IMG/VR virus record: IMGVR_UViG_3300049783_001054
Location: 1 to 64,000 of that record
Length of the DNA: 64,000 bases
DNA from: a virus
Reading direction: 5' to 3' (one strand)
Notes under the pieces: generated by a model
What the model was told of the DNA's origin: nothing
Seen by the model: only the letters and a program-made list of their open reading frames with translations
Database searches by the model: none
Shown: piece by piece, positions 9,799-20,546 of the stretch
Layout of the letters: the number at the start of each line of letters is the position of its first letter
Numbering within the stretch: the stretch's first letter is position 1
Position numbers and translations under genes: made by a program

Positions 9799-12700
9799 AT
9801 GGCTGAAGAATACAAACCCGTTTTCACTAGAGACATGGCTAGAAAACTTGCAGTAGCTGTAAGAGAAGATAATGATCTTGCTGATACAGAGTTTAGTGGG
9901 GATATTAGGTCTTTTTCTTATGGAGAGTTAAAACTTAAGTATGGTCAGGAAGTTGCGGATAATCGTAGATTCTATTCCCAAGAACGTAGGGAAACCAATA
10001 GAATTGATAATATTGATAGAGATTTAGGTGATAAGGTTACTGATACAGCTATCGCTATTCCTGCTGGCTTTGTTAATACTGTAGGTTCTATGGCTAGTGC
10101 TGCTCTTGGTGCTGCGGGTAAAGTAGATGAGATTTTACTTGGTTCTCGTGCAGTTTCTGATTATGCCGTTGATTACGCTAAAACCACAGATGGTATTGTT
10201 AAAGCTGCTAAATCTTTTCAATCTCAAGACCTCAAAGACATGCAAAGTGTTACTCAAACTGAAGCTGCATTGGATGCTCAAGATAACCTAGATCAGTATG
10301 ACAAAGATACTGAAGGTCGTGAGGGGAATTTTACTGATGCTCTTGCTTGGTTTGGAAGAGGCTCAATCAATAACCTTTCTCGCATAGGCTCAAACTCTGC
10401 TATTGCGGGAGATGTTATTGCTGAGGGTCTTGGTTCATTAGGGCCATCTGCAAAGCTTGCTGGTTACGCTTCTAAGCTTGTTACAGGTTCTGCTTCTTAT
10501 AAAGCGGCTGCAATTGCTAATGCTATTATACCAACTACAGGAAACAGAATTATTGCTGCTGGAGCTAAAGCAGTTAACAGAGGAGCTATTGCAGCCGCTG
10601 TTGGTGTTAGTGAGGCTTCTGGTGTTTACTCTCAAACTGTAAATGAAGTCCTTGGAATGTCTGATGAGGATCTTAGAAATACATCACCTGAGTATGTTCG
10701 TTTAATGGATGTAGATAAACTTACGTCTGAAGAAGCTAAATCAACTCTTGCTGCTGATGCTGGTTTAGAGGCATTTAAGACTGCATTTCCTATAGCTGCT
10801 GGTCTTGGTATTGTTGCAGGTAAATTTGAAGCTACACCATTTAAAGTATTCCAAAACTCAGGTCTCAAAGGTTTCCGTACAATAGGTACTCAAGCACTTG
10901 AAGAAGGTGGTCAAGGTTTAGCTGGTCAATATGCTACCAATACAGCAATCAGAGATACAGACATTGATGCTTCTCGTGGTTCAATGCTTGGTGGTCCTGA
11001 AGCTTTTGCTACTGGTATCGTTGCTGGTGCTGGTATGGCAGGCGTCATGGCTGCACCTTCGGTAGTTAGAGGCACACCTAAAACTATTAAAGATGTTGTC
11101 ACTTCTGAGACTGCTAAAAAGGTTGTCTCTTCTACGGCTTCTGGGGTTGCCTCTGGGCTTGATGCTGCTTCTGTCTTAGCTACTGCGGCTGCAAACACCA
11201 AAGCCGGTAAGGCAACTGTTTCTGGGGCTAAGGCAGCAGCTAATAAAGCTAGTGAAGTTGTAACTCCTGTTGTTGAAGCTACCGTTGAAAAGATCTCAGA
11301 GTTTAATGATCGTCCAGATCGTAAATCACAATCCGATATAATTACAACTCTTGCTTCAATTTCTCAACTTAGCTCTGATGAGTTATCAACCCGTAGTGAT
11401 GCAAATCAGATTGATGATGCTTTAGTAGGTTTCACTAAGACTCCATCTACTTCAACTGTCTCTGATGCCTTTAAAAATACTACTCCAGATAAAGCTACAA
11501 CTATTGATAAAATCGGAGCTATTGCAAGTAAGTTAGGTGAGAAGGGTGTTCGTATCAATAAGTTAAGTGATGCAGATATTCTTTATGCAGCAAATGAGAT
11601 TTCTCAACTTGAGAATTCAATTCCTAATCTTCCTTCTAATATTCAGAAGGAAGTTAAAAAGGTTATGGAATCTCAGGATTTTGTTAAAATCAGATTACGT
11701 GCAAGTCAGATTGATTTGAACCAAAGCCAAGATGCTAGTAAACCCATCACTGAGTCTGTGGTTCAGGAAACTAAAGCTGTTGCTAGTACTAACCCTGTTA
11801 ATGTAAATCCAGATGTTGTCACTAAGATCTTGTCACAGGATGATCGTACAGATCTTACTACCAGTGATATCAAAATCATGAAGACTGCTAAACGTATTTC
11901 ACAGGCAATTTTAAGCCGTGCTTCTGCATATGTTACTCTCAAGAAAGAACAGAATGTACAGCTTTCCGTTCTTCCTGAGTATAAAGATGGTAATAAGAAA
12001 CTTCCATTAATTGAAGCAGTCTCTAGGGATATTGCTATTGGTACAGGTAATACTAAATCACCCTCTGTTGCTGATTTTGCCAGTACTATTATTCAAGGTC
12101 TTCAATCTAAAGACCAAACCACTATTAATGCTGATGGTTTAATTGTGCCTTTAAAAGATACAACGGAACGCTTTACAAACTTTGCACGGCATATGATTAA
12201 CAAGGTTGCTGCCTTTAACATCTCCTATGACCAAAAGTCAGATAAGGGTGTAGGCACACCTCAAGTGTTTGAGAATCTTGGTTCCAATGGGAAGATGCGT
12301 CCGGGACGTCTTGAAGATAACTCTACAACTGTAAGCCCCGTCACATACCAATCACACACACCGGGAGGTATCAGTGTGGCTCGTGCAGTTCATGCTGATG
12401 CTGAAGCTACAGTTGAGGTTTACAATGCCTTAGCTGAAGCTTTCCCTGAGAGTTTTCCTGAAGGTAAGCTTAGTGTTAGTGGGTTAAGAGGATTTGAGAC
12501 TAAACTTAAAACTACACAAAATCTTATTGAATCAGATGTTGAAACAGAAACCACTACACAAACTGGGGGAAACCCCACCGGAGTTTCTGGAGAGACTGGG
12601 GTTCAAGTAACAGAACGTACTCCTGAAAATACCTACGATGGTATGCATTCTAAATTTGAAAAAGGGTTTCAACCAACCAATACAAAAGTTTCATACACAA

Positions 12701-15700
12701 ATGGTAAAGACATTCTTGCTTTGGTTTCTGAAGTAAAAGGCAATGAAAACTACGTTGAGTTTGTTAATCTTCATCTTCAAAATTTAATGGATCGTGCCAA
12801 CGAACGTCTTGCTACAATGAAAACTAATAAGTCTGATACCCAAACTATCAAAGATCGTATCTTAGATGGTGAAGACACTACACAGTTCCGTCGTAACAAA
12901 AACACTATCTTAGTGGATCAGACTACAGGAGAGTACCACACAGACCTCTTATCTACTGCCGCAGTGGCTGTTCTTGATTGGCTCAGTGGTGTTCGTTCGA
13001 GCAACCCACAATCACTAGCTGGTACTCTTGAAGATATGAATTTAACTTATTCTATGGTCACAGAGGAAAACATTAAAGATATTATGTTTAGCGTTTCACC
13101 TCGTGATGTTGCAGAAGGTTTAAGTAAAGACATTGTTCGTATTTGGGGTGTAAAACTTAATAAAGATACACCAATGATTGATGCTCGTGGTGCTATTGAA
13201 GGTATGGTTAAAGAGCTTCTTGAGTCATTACTTGATCTTAACACTGGATTGATTGAAACTAAAACGGTGCCTTATTTCAATACTGAGTTACAAAAAATTG
13301 TCTCACAGTCAGTTTTTAATGTGTTTCCTATGATGGAGATGCAGAAGACAATTGGTATGGAAGGACAGTTAGCTGTCAAAAAGCTACTCACTCCTGAACT
13401 CAATAATATGCCTTCAATTGGGGCACCCTCACAGCATGTTGATAAAACTCAATCGCGTGGAGATATTAAACTTTCTAGTGTAGAACGTACCTCTTTGCGG
13501 AATATTCAGAACCAAGGTCATGGATTAGCTGAGTCTTTTTCTAACATGATCTCATTGATTGGTTTAGAGGCTCTTGCCCCATACTTAGGTAAAAAAGATT
13601 TTAGTCATTTACATGCTCAACACCCTCTTCGTGCTTCAATTGTTGGTAAAAATCTTTCTATTGATAGAGACTTTGCTGAAGCAATGAGCATTGTAGATTC
13701 TATTAAAAATGCTGGCTTTACCATTAATGGGAAGCTTCCTGAAGTGTTTTACCGTGTTGGTATTTCTCGTGTTGGACGTCATCAGTTTAAAGGTATCAAT
13801 CCTCAGAATAACAAAATTCTTCGTCCTTTAGTGACTCCTACTAAATCAACTTTAGATATGACCACTAAAAATCATAAAGATGCTTTTTGGCTCACAGTGG
13901 CTCAAGGTGCTGATATTTCTGGTTTTAATAAAGTTGAAAACCAAAAGCATTCTTATATTTTAGCAAACATTCAAAGAGTGTTTACTGAGAAGTATGGTGA
14001 TGCAGTTAAGCTTATGGTTGATGGTATTAAATCAGGTGAGTTAATTGGCACAGATCTAATTAAAGCGATGGGTGGCACTGGTGAGATGCAGCAGTTAAGT
14101 GCTGTGTTTGCTGTAGCTCAATTGCAGATTGCTATAGAAAATGGAACTCAGGATTCTTTCGAGACCACTCTATCTTTTGAGTTAGATGGTAAGACTGATG
14201 GTCCGGGCAACATGATGGCAAACTTTGGTCAGGGAGTGCTTACTTCACAGGATTACATGAACTTTAAACGTGTTGGTTTCTTCCTTGGTTTATCTGATAT
14301 GACTCTAAATAAGTTTTATGGAGAAGGTTCACAATTAGACTTGTATGAGCTTACAGCAAATAAAGGTCAGGAAGCTTTGTACAATGCTATTTCTAGAGAC
14401 AACAATCACGGTAAGGAACGTCTCCACGCTATAGCAAGATTTGCTACTGCATTTGGAGATTTAATGGTTGTTAATGATTCATATGTCATGACAAGAAACA
14501 CCGCTAAAAGCCCCATGACTAAAACAGTTTATGGTTCGACAGAGCGTGGTGTAGGTCAGGGTCTTGCTTCTGATATGCTTATAGAGATGTATAAACAGTT
14601 AATTGAAAATCCTGATGGTATTTCAAAATATCCAGGTGGGCATGAAAGATTTGTAAAAGATTTTGAATTAGCTTTTGACACTTCATATCCTAATGTAAAT
14701 TGGAATAACTCATATCTTGATAAGAAAAGTGTTGATAACTTTACTAAAATTGTGACATCAACATTAGGTAATGTGCTTTCTTCTACAGCTAAAGAAGTTA
14801 TTGGTGATGAAATTACTAAGGTGAATGATACCTTGGTTCTGATGACTGCTTTTCAGACAGAGTTTATGACTGCTAAATTTAATCAATTACTAGATGAGAT
14901 GGTTCAACTTCGTGTATCTCAAGGTAAGATCGGGGTTACAAAAAATCGTCTTAATCCTGATGGTAGTACTCGTAAGGGTACTCCTGATAGGGCTTCACTT
15001 ACTCAACATGATTATGATGAGGTTGTTGCACAGATTAGAGAATACTCACCTATTTACGCAAATGGTATTCAGACCCTTGATATAAGCTCTATGTCAGCTA
15101 GAGATAGTGGTATTAGATTATCATCATCTATGTCTGGCAGTTTTGAAATGGGGTCTTCTATGGTCTCACCCCAACTATCAGGGGTTAAAGTCATACCTTA
15201 CATCACTCAAGGTAATGGTGATGCTATGATGATGAACAACATCTATGGGGGAAACAATGCTCCAAAAGGCACTCTTACAGTGTTTGATGGTATTGATATG
15301 CCTATTGATAAAATTGCTGAATATGCTCAACAGATCAATAAGGCTGTTCTTCAAAACTGGGAAGCTGATGTTTTTGCTAGTATTGTAAAAGATATTGAAG
15401 GTTTCTTAGAGAAAACTTCTAATGATGGAGAACTATTAACTGCTGCTTGGCAGCGTGCTTTAGCTGCTGCTCAGAAAAAGAAAACAACAGCCACGGCTAA
15501 AACACCAGAGACTATTGTTGCTGACATCATGGAAATGCATCGTTTGAACCAAGCAAGAAAAACAGTGTTCAAAAGGATTGGAGTTTCTGTAGATCATATG
15601 GGTGGGTCTAGTACTGCTTTTGTGCGTTCTACTGATGGGCGTGAATATACTTTAAATGAAATCAACAACATGATCAGACAGGAGCTTGGTCTTAGTCAGA

Positions 15701-18700
15701 ACCCAGACACTGTTACTATTAACCCAGATGGCTCTATTGATGGTACTGCTACTGAGGTAAATACTGATACCTTACAGATTGGTGATGGCACAAAAAGAAC
15801 ACCTGTTAAGGGTGAATTCTCCACATTGGTTGTCACAGATGGTGAAACTATTATTAATGGGTTGCTTCGTGAAACACGCAACCCTCTAATTGCTCACACC
15901 GTTCGTGTCTTAAAAAAGGCAGACATTAAAACTCGTATCGTAATTGGTTCTGCTCAAGAGGTTGGTGACTGGTATCAAATGAATTATGGAGAAATGAAAG
16001 ATGGGTTAGCACAAAACAGTGTTGCTCGTGCTTTGTTTGAAAATGTATCTTTACTTCTTCAAGATTTCTCTGCTCAAAATGATGTAGGTATTGATGCTTG
16101 GGAGTTAAATAAAAATGCTAATGATGTTAAAAAAATTGAAGCTTTTGTTATCAACTCATCTAAAGATGAGTTGATTGCTTTAGCTAAACATACTGGTATT
16201 TCTGTCAATGAATTAAACGATATCTTTATCGAGCTTTTTCAATCTAGTGATAAAACTTGGCCGTTTGAGAGCCTTAAAGAATTTAGAGAAGCTGTGATTA
16301 ATGATCCTCGTCAGGATGATTTATTTGGTGCTCCATCAAATACTTTTAAAGTGACTAAGAAAGGTTTGTATGATCCCTTAAATGATGTGATGCTTATCAC
16401 AGATAACAACCATGAAACTTTGGTTCATGAGTTAATCCATGCTGCTACATTCCAAACTATCTTAGATCATTATAACGCAGGTGATAAATCTACTGGTGTG
16501 ATTAAAGACTCTATTGTTCGTCTTGAATCTCTCATGGAAGAGTTCATGGATATGGACTTTAGTAATTCTGCACAAGCTGTGCAGGATGCTGTTAACAGTG
16601 CAAAAGCTCAAATCTTAGGGTATCAGGTAAATAGTGATGCCTTTTCAAAGGCTGCTGCATTAAATGAGTTTATGTCTTGGTCTCTTTCTAATGAGAGTTT
16701 AATGAAAGAGTTAAGCCAAAGACCAACTACATTTATGGCTAGAATGTCTAAGATTGTTAAAGCTATGATGCAGCGTCTTTTAGGTGCTATTAAATCTGAT
16801 ATGTTTTCTAACATTCAGTTTAATACTGAGTTGCTTATTGATCCAGAATTAGTAAATGACATCTATGAAGATGACGGAAGTTCTATTCCTCCCGATACAA
16901 ATGATGATGGGGATCTTACACCTGCTGCACATAATTTTACTAACTTCTGGATTGATTTAATCAAACAGAGAATTGTTGAATCTTATACCCCTGAAGGAAT
17001 AGTTAATCGTAAGCCTGCTCAGATTTCCAATTACCGTCTTAAAGCTCAAAAAGCATTAGACACTTTAAGTTTTGAAGGTTTCTCATTTACTCCTTACCAA
17101 CAGGAAACTTTCAAAGCTATCCATATGGTTCTTGCTTTAGAAATGCACCTTGATCCTCAGAGTTCTGCGGCTCTTAATGGTGTGTATAATCACGTCACTG
17201 ATAACCTCACTCCTGAGATGTTTGGGGATGTTAACCCAGAAGTGCGGTACTCTGCGGTCATGGAAGCTCTTGGGGCGTCTAAGAATGATGAGGGTGTGTC
17301 AGATGCTATTGCTGTCTTACTGGCTCTCAGCCAGACTAGCAAAGGCTTCCGTGCAGCTATTGAACAGCTACCCATTCCTAAGTCAGTCCAAGGTGTTAGC
17401 ACAGAATCTCTGAATGATTTCCTTGGTTCAATTGCAGGAATGTTGATGACTAAAGCTGTAGGTTCTATTGATACAGCCAATCAGAGTGTCTCAAAAACAT
17501 TAGATCAAATCTCTGAAAGTATCATTCTCGAAGAGTCTGACAGAGAATTTAGAATTCTTTCTGGTCTTATGGAAAACATGAATAAAGCTGATGCATTTTT
17601 AAATGGAACATTCAAAAAGTTAGCTGAATACACAGAAGAGAAAAACAAGGAAGTTAGAAAATCTAATAGATCAGATCTAACCAAATTAACAATGTCTTTT
17701 GTTACGGCTACGACTGCTTTCCTTGATCAAGATCGTGCTGAAAAACAAGCAACTGTTATTAGTGAGTATATGTATATGGGGTCTAGATTAGACTCACTTG
17801 TGTTTGTTCGTGAATTTATGTCTGAGCTTATTGGTACAAATGCTCTTAATAAGAATGTTGTGGCTTTGTTAGATAAAGCTACCTATTCAGCTTCCAGTGT
17901 CAGACAGAAATTCCGTGAGGAATTACCTGTCATTCTTCAGGATGCTTTTGATACTCATCCTAATGAGTCTCAGTGGCGTTCAAGTCATAAGATTATGGGA
18001 CGTACTGATTTCTCTGCCATCTATGATAGACAGAATCCTGATCAATCTTTTGAGATGATCAAGGATGAGAACATCATTGATAGTAACATTAAACAGATTG
18101 AGGGTGCTCTAAACGCAAACTTATCTAAAAGTGTTGCCAGTACAATCATGAAAAAGAGTCAGCAGCTTGCTAACTTTATGAATGGTGAGGGTGCTGGTCA
18201 TCAGCTTTGGAGAAATGCATATGCAATCAATCTGAAGTCAGGGGATTACACTCCAAAGCTTACAACTGAAATTGACCAACTGATTTCACTCTATGCCTTA
18301 AAAGGTTCTGATCCTGAAATGCGTAAAGATATTTACAGCATGTATGAGAATGATCCAATTGCTATGCAGAACTTAGTGATCATTCTTCAAGGTTTAAATA
18401 AAGAAGAAGACTCTAAATTGGTTTCAAACTCAGTTCGTCTTAATGGCTACAAAGGTTATATACCTGATCATGGTAGGGATAATGCTTCAGTTATTATTGC
18501 AAGAGATGATAGACGTTCTAGCCTTGAAAAAAGAGGCTATAAGCGTATTGCTGATGCCCCAACAGACAAAAAGTTTTCAACTATAAATCGTGGATATTAT
18601 GTGTCTAACACAAAACAGACTGGAACATACTCTCAGGGTGTTATGCAAATGATCCAAGACACATATCGTGGTGTTGATGCTACAACAGGTTTAACTGTAA

Positions 18701-20238
18701 ATGGTTACACGTCTGGAGTTATTTCTGGTGCTTCTGTTGTATCTATTACAGATGCTTTGAATAAAATGACTAAAGGTATCATTGATAATAAAGAGGCTCT
18801 TCTTCCATCTTATGATGAAGATGGGATCATACATTACGAGAGATATATTAACCCTGATATTCTTGAAACCCATACAAGACCTAAATCTAATCTTGCATTG
18901 ATGTTAGGTGCATGGGCTGGTCGTCAAGTTGAAGAGAAAACTGGTCAGGTATATAATGAGATTTTGATTGATGAGTTAAAACGTATTCATGATATTCGTG
19001 AAAAGGGAGATGATGGTTTGTTTGTTAATCTTCCTGATGAAGCTATGAAGATGGTGAATTGGAATAATGCCTCAAAAGCACAACGCAAAAAACTAACAAA
19101 ACCAGATCAAATTTATGTGGATAGCTGGAATGTTATTTCTCCTCAAACTAAGAAACACATTGAACAAGTGTTTGGTGAAGGTAATTTTTATGTTCGCAAA
19201 GATCAGATGAATCTTGCATTAGGATATCGTGATCCGTCTGTAATTGATTTATGGACTGGAAACACAAGACTTCCTGCCGCTGTACAGGAGGGGGTGCAAG
19301 CCATCACAAATGTATTCATGGGTAAGCAGGCCATGCGTAACTTAGCTGCCGTAGAGGGTGGCATACAGGGAGTCGTTTCCACAGCTAAGGATGTTATTGT
19401 GGTTCGATCACTTGTGATCCCGTACATGAACACTCAGGCAAACGTGGTGCAGTTAAGCACAAGAGGGGTTCCTATCAAGGAACAATTTAAAGGGTATAAA
19501 AGTAAGCTTGCTGAAATTGAACAATTTAACATCAATAGCAAAAAGATAATTGAGATTGATATTAGAATTCAATTAGCTGATACTGATAAAAATAAGGTTC
19601 GTATTCTCGAAGGTCAGCGTCAAGTTATCCAAGATCAGAATGCTCGTTTTTCTATTGCACCTTTAATTAAAGCGGGTGCTTACAAAAACATTTCTGAAGG
19701 TCTTACTGAAATGGACGTTGATATTACTTCTGGACGTATAGGGGAATGGGTGGATGCTAAGATAAACAAATTACCTAATAGTGTTCAAACCATTGCTAAG
19801 TATGGTTTACTGTCTAAAGATACTGCCATTTACAGAGGTGCAAACAAAGCAGTTCAGTATGGTGATTTCATTGCTAAATCTATTTACTATGATCACTTGC
19901 TTAAATCAGGTTTAAGTTCTGAAGATGCTATGAAATCAGTAAACGAAGAGTTTGTGAATTACTCAGTTCTTCCGGGTAGAATGCGTCAATATAATGAAGG
20001 TATAGGTGCTACATGGTTCTTAACATTCAAGATTAGAATTGCAAAAATTGCTATGAACCAAATACGTGAGAACCCAGTTAGATCGTTGATATTAGCAGCT
20101 ACTATTGCAGACCAAGGTTCACCGCAGGCAGATAACCTCGTCTCTACTATTGTTGATGAGAAGCTTGGGTATTCGATGGGTTGGGGTATGTTATTAAATG
20201 CAGGTGGTCTTAACCCTTGGGTTAACCTCTCTGATTAA
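9799..20238 (+). CDS. Virion-encapsidated RNA polymerase (N4 gp50, vRNAP)
   Basis: 3479 aa. Single-subunit RNAP motifs RVGRHQ, FELDGKTDG (A), RNTAKSPMTKTVYG (B), VFDGID (C). HELIH zincin-like motif; no Cys seen, as known for N4 vRNAP. Confidence 0.97.
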   Translation: MAEEYKPVFTRDMARKLAVAVREDNDLADTEFSGDIRSFSYGELKLKYGQEVADNRRFYSQERRETNRIDNIDRDLGDKVTDTAIAIPAGFVNTVGSMASAALGAAGKVDEILLGSRAVSDYAVDYAKTTDGIVKAAKSFQSQDLKDMQSVTQTEAALDAQDNLDQYDKDTEGREGNFTDALAWFGRGSINNLSRIGSNSAIAGDVIAEGLGSLGPSAKLAGYASKLVTGSASYKAAAIANAIIPTTGNRIIAAGAKAVNRGAIAAAVGVSEASGVYSQTVNEVLGMSDEDLRNTSPEYVRLMDVDKLTSEEAKSTLAADAGLEAFKTAFPIAAGLGIVAGKFEATPFKVFQNSGLKGFRTIGTQALEEGGQGLAGQYATNTAIRDTDIDASRGSMLGGPEAFATGIVAGAGMAGVMAAPSVVRGTPKTIKDVVTSETAKKVVSSTASGVASGLDAASVLATAAANTKAGKATVSGAKAAANKASEVVTPVVEATVEKISEFNDRPDRKSQSDIITTLASISQLSSDELSTRSDANQIDDALVGFTKTPSTSTVSDAFKNTTPDKATTIDKIGAIASKLGEKGVRINKLSDADILYAANEISQLENSIPNLPSNIQKEVKKVMESQDFVKIRLRASQIDLNQSQDASKPITESVVQETKAVASTNPVNVNPDVVTKILSQDDRTDLTTSDIKIMKTAKRISQAILSRASAYVTLKKEQNVQLSVLPEYKDGNKKLPLIEAVSRDIAIGTGNTKSPSVADFASTIIQGLQSKDQTTINADGLIVPLKDTTERFTNFARHMINKVAAFNISYDQKSDKGVGTPQVFENLGSNGKMRPGRLEDNSTTVSPVTYQSHTPGGISVARAVHADAEATVEVYNALAEAFPESFPEGKLSVSGLRGFETKLKTTQNLIESDVETETTTQTGGNPTGVSGETGVQVTERTPENTYDGMHSKFEKGFQPTNTKVSYTNGKDILALVSEVKGNENYVEFVNLHLQNLMDRANERLATMKTNKSDTQTIKDRILDGEDTTQFRRNKNTILVDQTTGEYHTDLLSTAAVAVLDWLSGVRSSNPQSLAGTLEDMNLTYSMVTEENIKDIMFSVSPRDVAEGLSKDIVRIWGVKLNKDTPMIDARGAIEGMVKELLESLLDLNTGLIETKTVPYFNTELQKIVSQSVFNVFPMMEMQKTIGMEGQLAVKKLLTPELNNMPSIGAPSQHVDKTQSRGDIKLSSVERTSLRNIQNQGHGLAESFSNMISLIGLEALAPYLGKKDFSHLHAQHPLRASIVGKNLSIDRDFAEAMSIVDSIKNAGFTINGKLPEVFYRVGISRVGRHQFKGINPQNNKILRPLVTPTKSTLDMTTKNHKDAFWLTVAQGADISGFNKVENQKHSYILANIQRVFTEKYGDAVKLMVDGIKSGELIGTDLIKAMGGTGEMQQLSAVFAVAQLQIAIENGTQDSFETTLSFELDGKTDGPGNMMANFGQGVLTSQDYMNFKRVGFFLGLSDMTLNKFYGEGSQLDLYELTANKGQEALYNAISRDNNHGKERLHAIARFATAFGDLMVVNDSYVMTRNTAKSPMTKTVYGSTERGVGQGLASDMLIEMYKQLIENPDGISKYPGGHERFVKDFELAFDTSYPNVNWNNSYLDKKSVDNFTKIVTSTLGNVLSSTAKEVIGDEITKVNDTLVLMTAFQTEFMTAKFNQLLDEMVQLRVSQGKIGVTKNRLNPDGSTRKGTPDRASLTQHDYDEVVAQIREYSPIYANGIQTLDISSMSARDSGIRLSSSMSGSFEMGSSMVSPQLSGVKVIPYITQGNGDAMMMNNIYGGNNAPKGTLTVFDGIDMPIDKIAEYAQQINKAVLQNWEADVFASIVKDIEGFLEKTSNDGELLTAAWQRALAAAQKKKTTATAKTPETIVADIMEMHRLNQARKTVFKRIGVSVDHMGGSSTAFVRSTDGREYTLNEINNMIRQELGLSQNPDTVTINPDGSIDGTATEVNTDTLQIGDGTKRTPVKGEFSTLVVTDGETIINGLLRETRNPLIAHTVRVLKKADIKTRIVIGSAQEVGDWYQMNYGEMKDGLAQNSVARALFENVSLLLQDFSAQNDVGIDAWELNKNANDVKKIEAFVINSSKDELIALAKHTGISVNELNDIFIELFQSSDKTWPFESLKEFREAVINDPRQDDLFGAPSNTFKVTKKGLYDPLNDVMLITDNNHETLVHELIHAATFQTILDHYNAGDKSTGVIKDSIVRLESLMEEFMDMDFSNSAQAVQDAVNSAKAQILGYQVNSDAFSKAAALNEFMSWSLSNESLMKELSQRPTTFMARMSKIVKAMMQRLLGAIKSDMFSNIQFNTELLIDPELVNDIYEDDGSSIPPDTNDDGDLTPAAHNFTNFWIDLIKQRIVESYTPEGIVNRKPAQISNYRLKAQKALDTLSFEGFSFTPYQQETFKAIHMVLALEMHLDPQSSAALNGVYNHVTDNLTPEMFGDVNPEVRYSAVMEALGASKNDEGVSDAIAVLLALSQTSKGFRAAIEQLPIPKSVQGVSTESLNDFLGSIAGMLMTKAVGSIDTANQSVSKTLDQISESIILEESDREFRILSGLMENMNKADAFLNGTFKKLAEYTEEKNKEVRKSNRSDLTKLTMSFVTATTAFLDQDRAEKQATVISEYMYMGSRLDSLVFVREFMSELIGTNALNKNVVALLDKATYSASSVRQKFREELPVILQDAFDTHPNESQWRSSHKIMGRTDFSAIYDRQNPDQSFEMIKDENIIDSNIKQIEGALNANLSKSVASTIMKKSQQLANFMNGEGAGHQLWRNAYAINLKSGDYTPKLTTEIDQLISLYALKGSDPEMRKDIYSMYENDPIAMQNLVIILQGLNKEEDSKLVSNSVRLNGYKGYIPDHGRDNASVIIARDDRRSSLEKRGYKRIADAPTDKKFSTINRGYYVSNTKQTGTYSQGVMQMIQDTYRGVDATTGLTVNGYTSGVISGASVVSITDALNKMTKGIIDNKEALLPSYDEDGIIHYERYINPDILETHTRPKSNLALMLGAWAGRQVEEKTGQVYNEILIDELKRIHDIREKGDDGLFVNLPDEAMKMVNWNNASKAQRKKLTKPDQIYVDSWNVISPQTKKHIEQVFGEGNFYVRKDQMNLALGYRDPSVIDLWTGNTRLPAAVQEGVQAITNVFMGKQAMRNLAAVEGGIQGVVSTAKDVIVVRSLVIPYMNTQANVVQLSTRGVPIKEQFKGYKSKLAEIEQFNINSKKIIEIDIRIQLADTDKNKVRILEGQRQVIQDQNARFSIAPLIKAGAYKNISEGLTEMDVDITSGRIGEWVDAKINKLPNSVQTIAKYGLLSKDTAIYRGANKAVQYGDFIAKSIYYDHLLKSGLSSEDAMKSVNEEFVNYSVLPGRMRQYNEGIGATWFLTFKIRIAKIAMNQIRENPVRSLILAATIADQGSPQADNLVSTIVDEKLGYSMGWGMLLNAGGLNPWVNLSD

Positions 20239-20240
20239 TA

Positions 20241-20278
20241 AAGTGGGGGGACAGGATGTACCTTTCCTGTCCCCATTT
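20241..20278. terminator. Terminator between convergent late and middle regions
   Basis: GGGGACAGGA-loop-TCCTGTCCCC hairpin just after the vRNAP stop. Confidence 0.75.
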
Positions 20279-20443
20279 CCACTGAAGATTTTGGTTAGTT
20301 AGACCATTCTATCTGGAATCTTCACAGATATTACCGCAGTTACAGGCGCGGATTATGCCCTTTCTTAGGGTTTGTTAACTATTGGCCTAAGCCCAACGAT
20401 ACTAAGTTCATAGGACACTACATCCCATGCTTAATATTAGGGG

Positions 20444-20546
20444 TGGAAAGGGTTGGGCTTGAACCAACGACATACTGAAAAGTGTTAAAGGTTCTAGCTT
20501 TACCACGTATTACATCAGTCTGCTCTCCCAACTGAGCTACCTCTCC
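20444..20546 (-). tRNA. tRNA-like gene with a 36-nt insert in the anticodon loop (possible intron-containing tRNA-Tyr(GTA), or a pseudo-tRNA)
   Basis: Acceptor stem GGAGAGG/CCTTTCC plus discriminator A; D arm GCTC-AGTTGGGA-GAGC; T arm GTTGG-TTCAAGC-CCAAC; anticodon stem ACTGA/TCAGT enclosing 36 nt. Confidence 0.75.

Noticed and set aside
16420-16450. HExxH motif and lack of Cys in vRNAP as novelty
   Set aside because: Both are already recognised properties of N4-like virion RNA polymerases.
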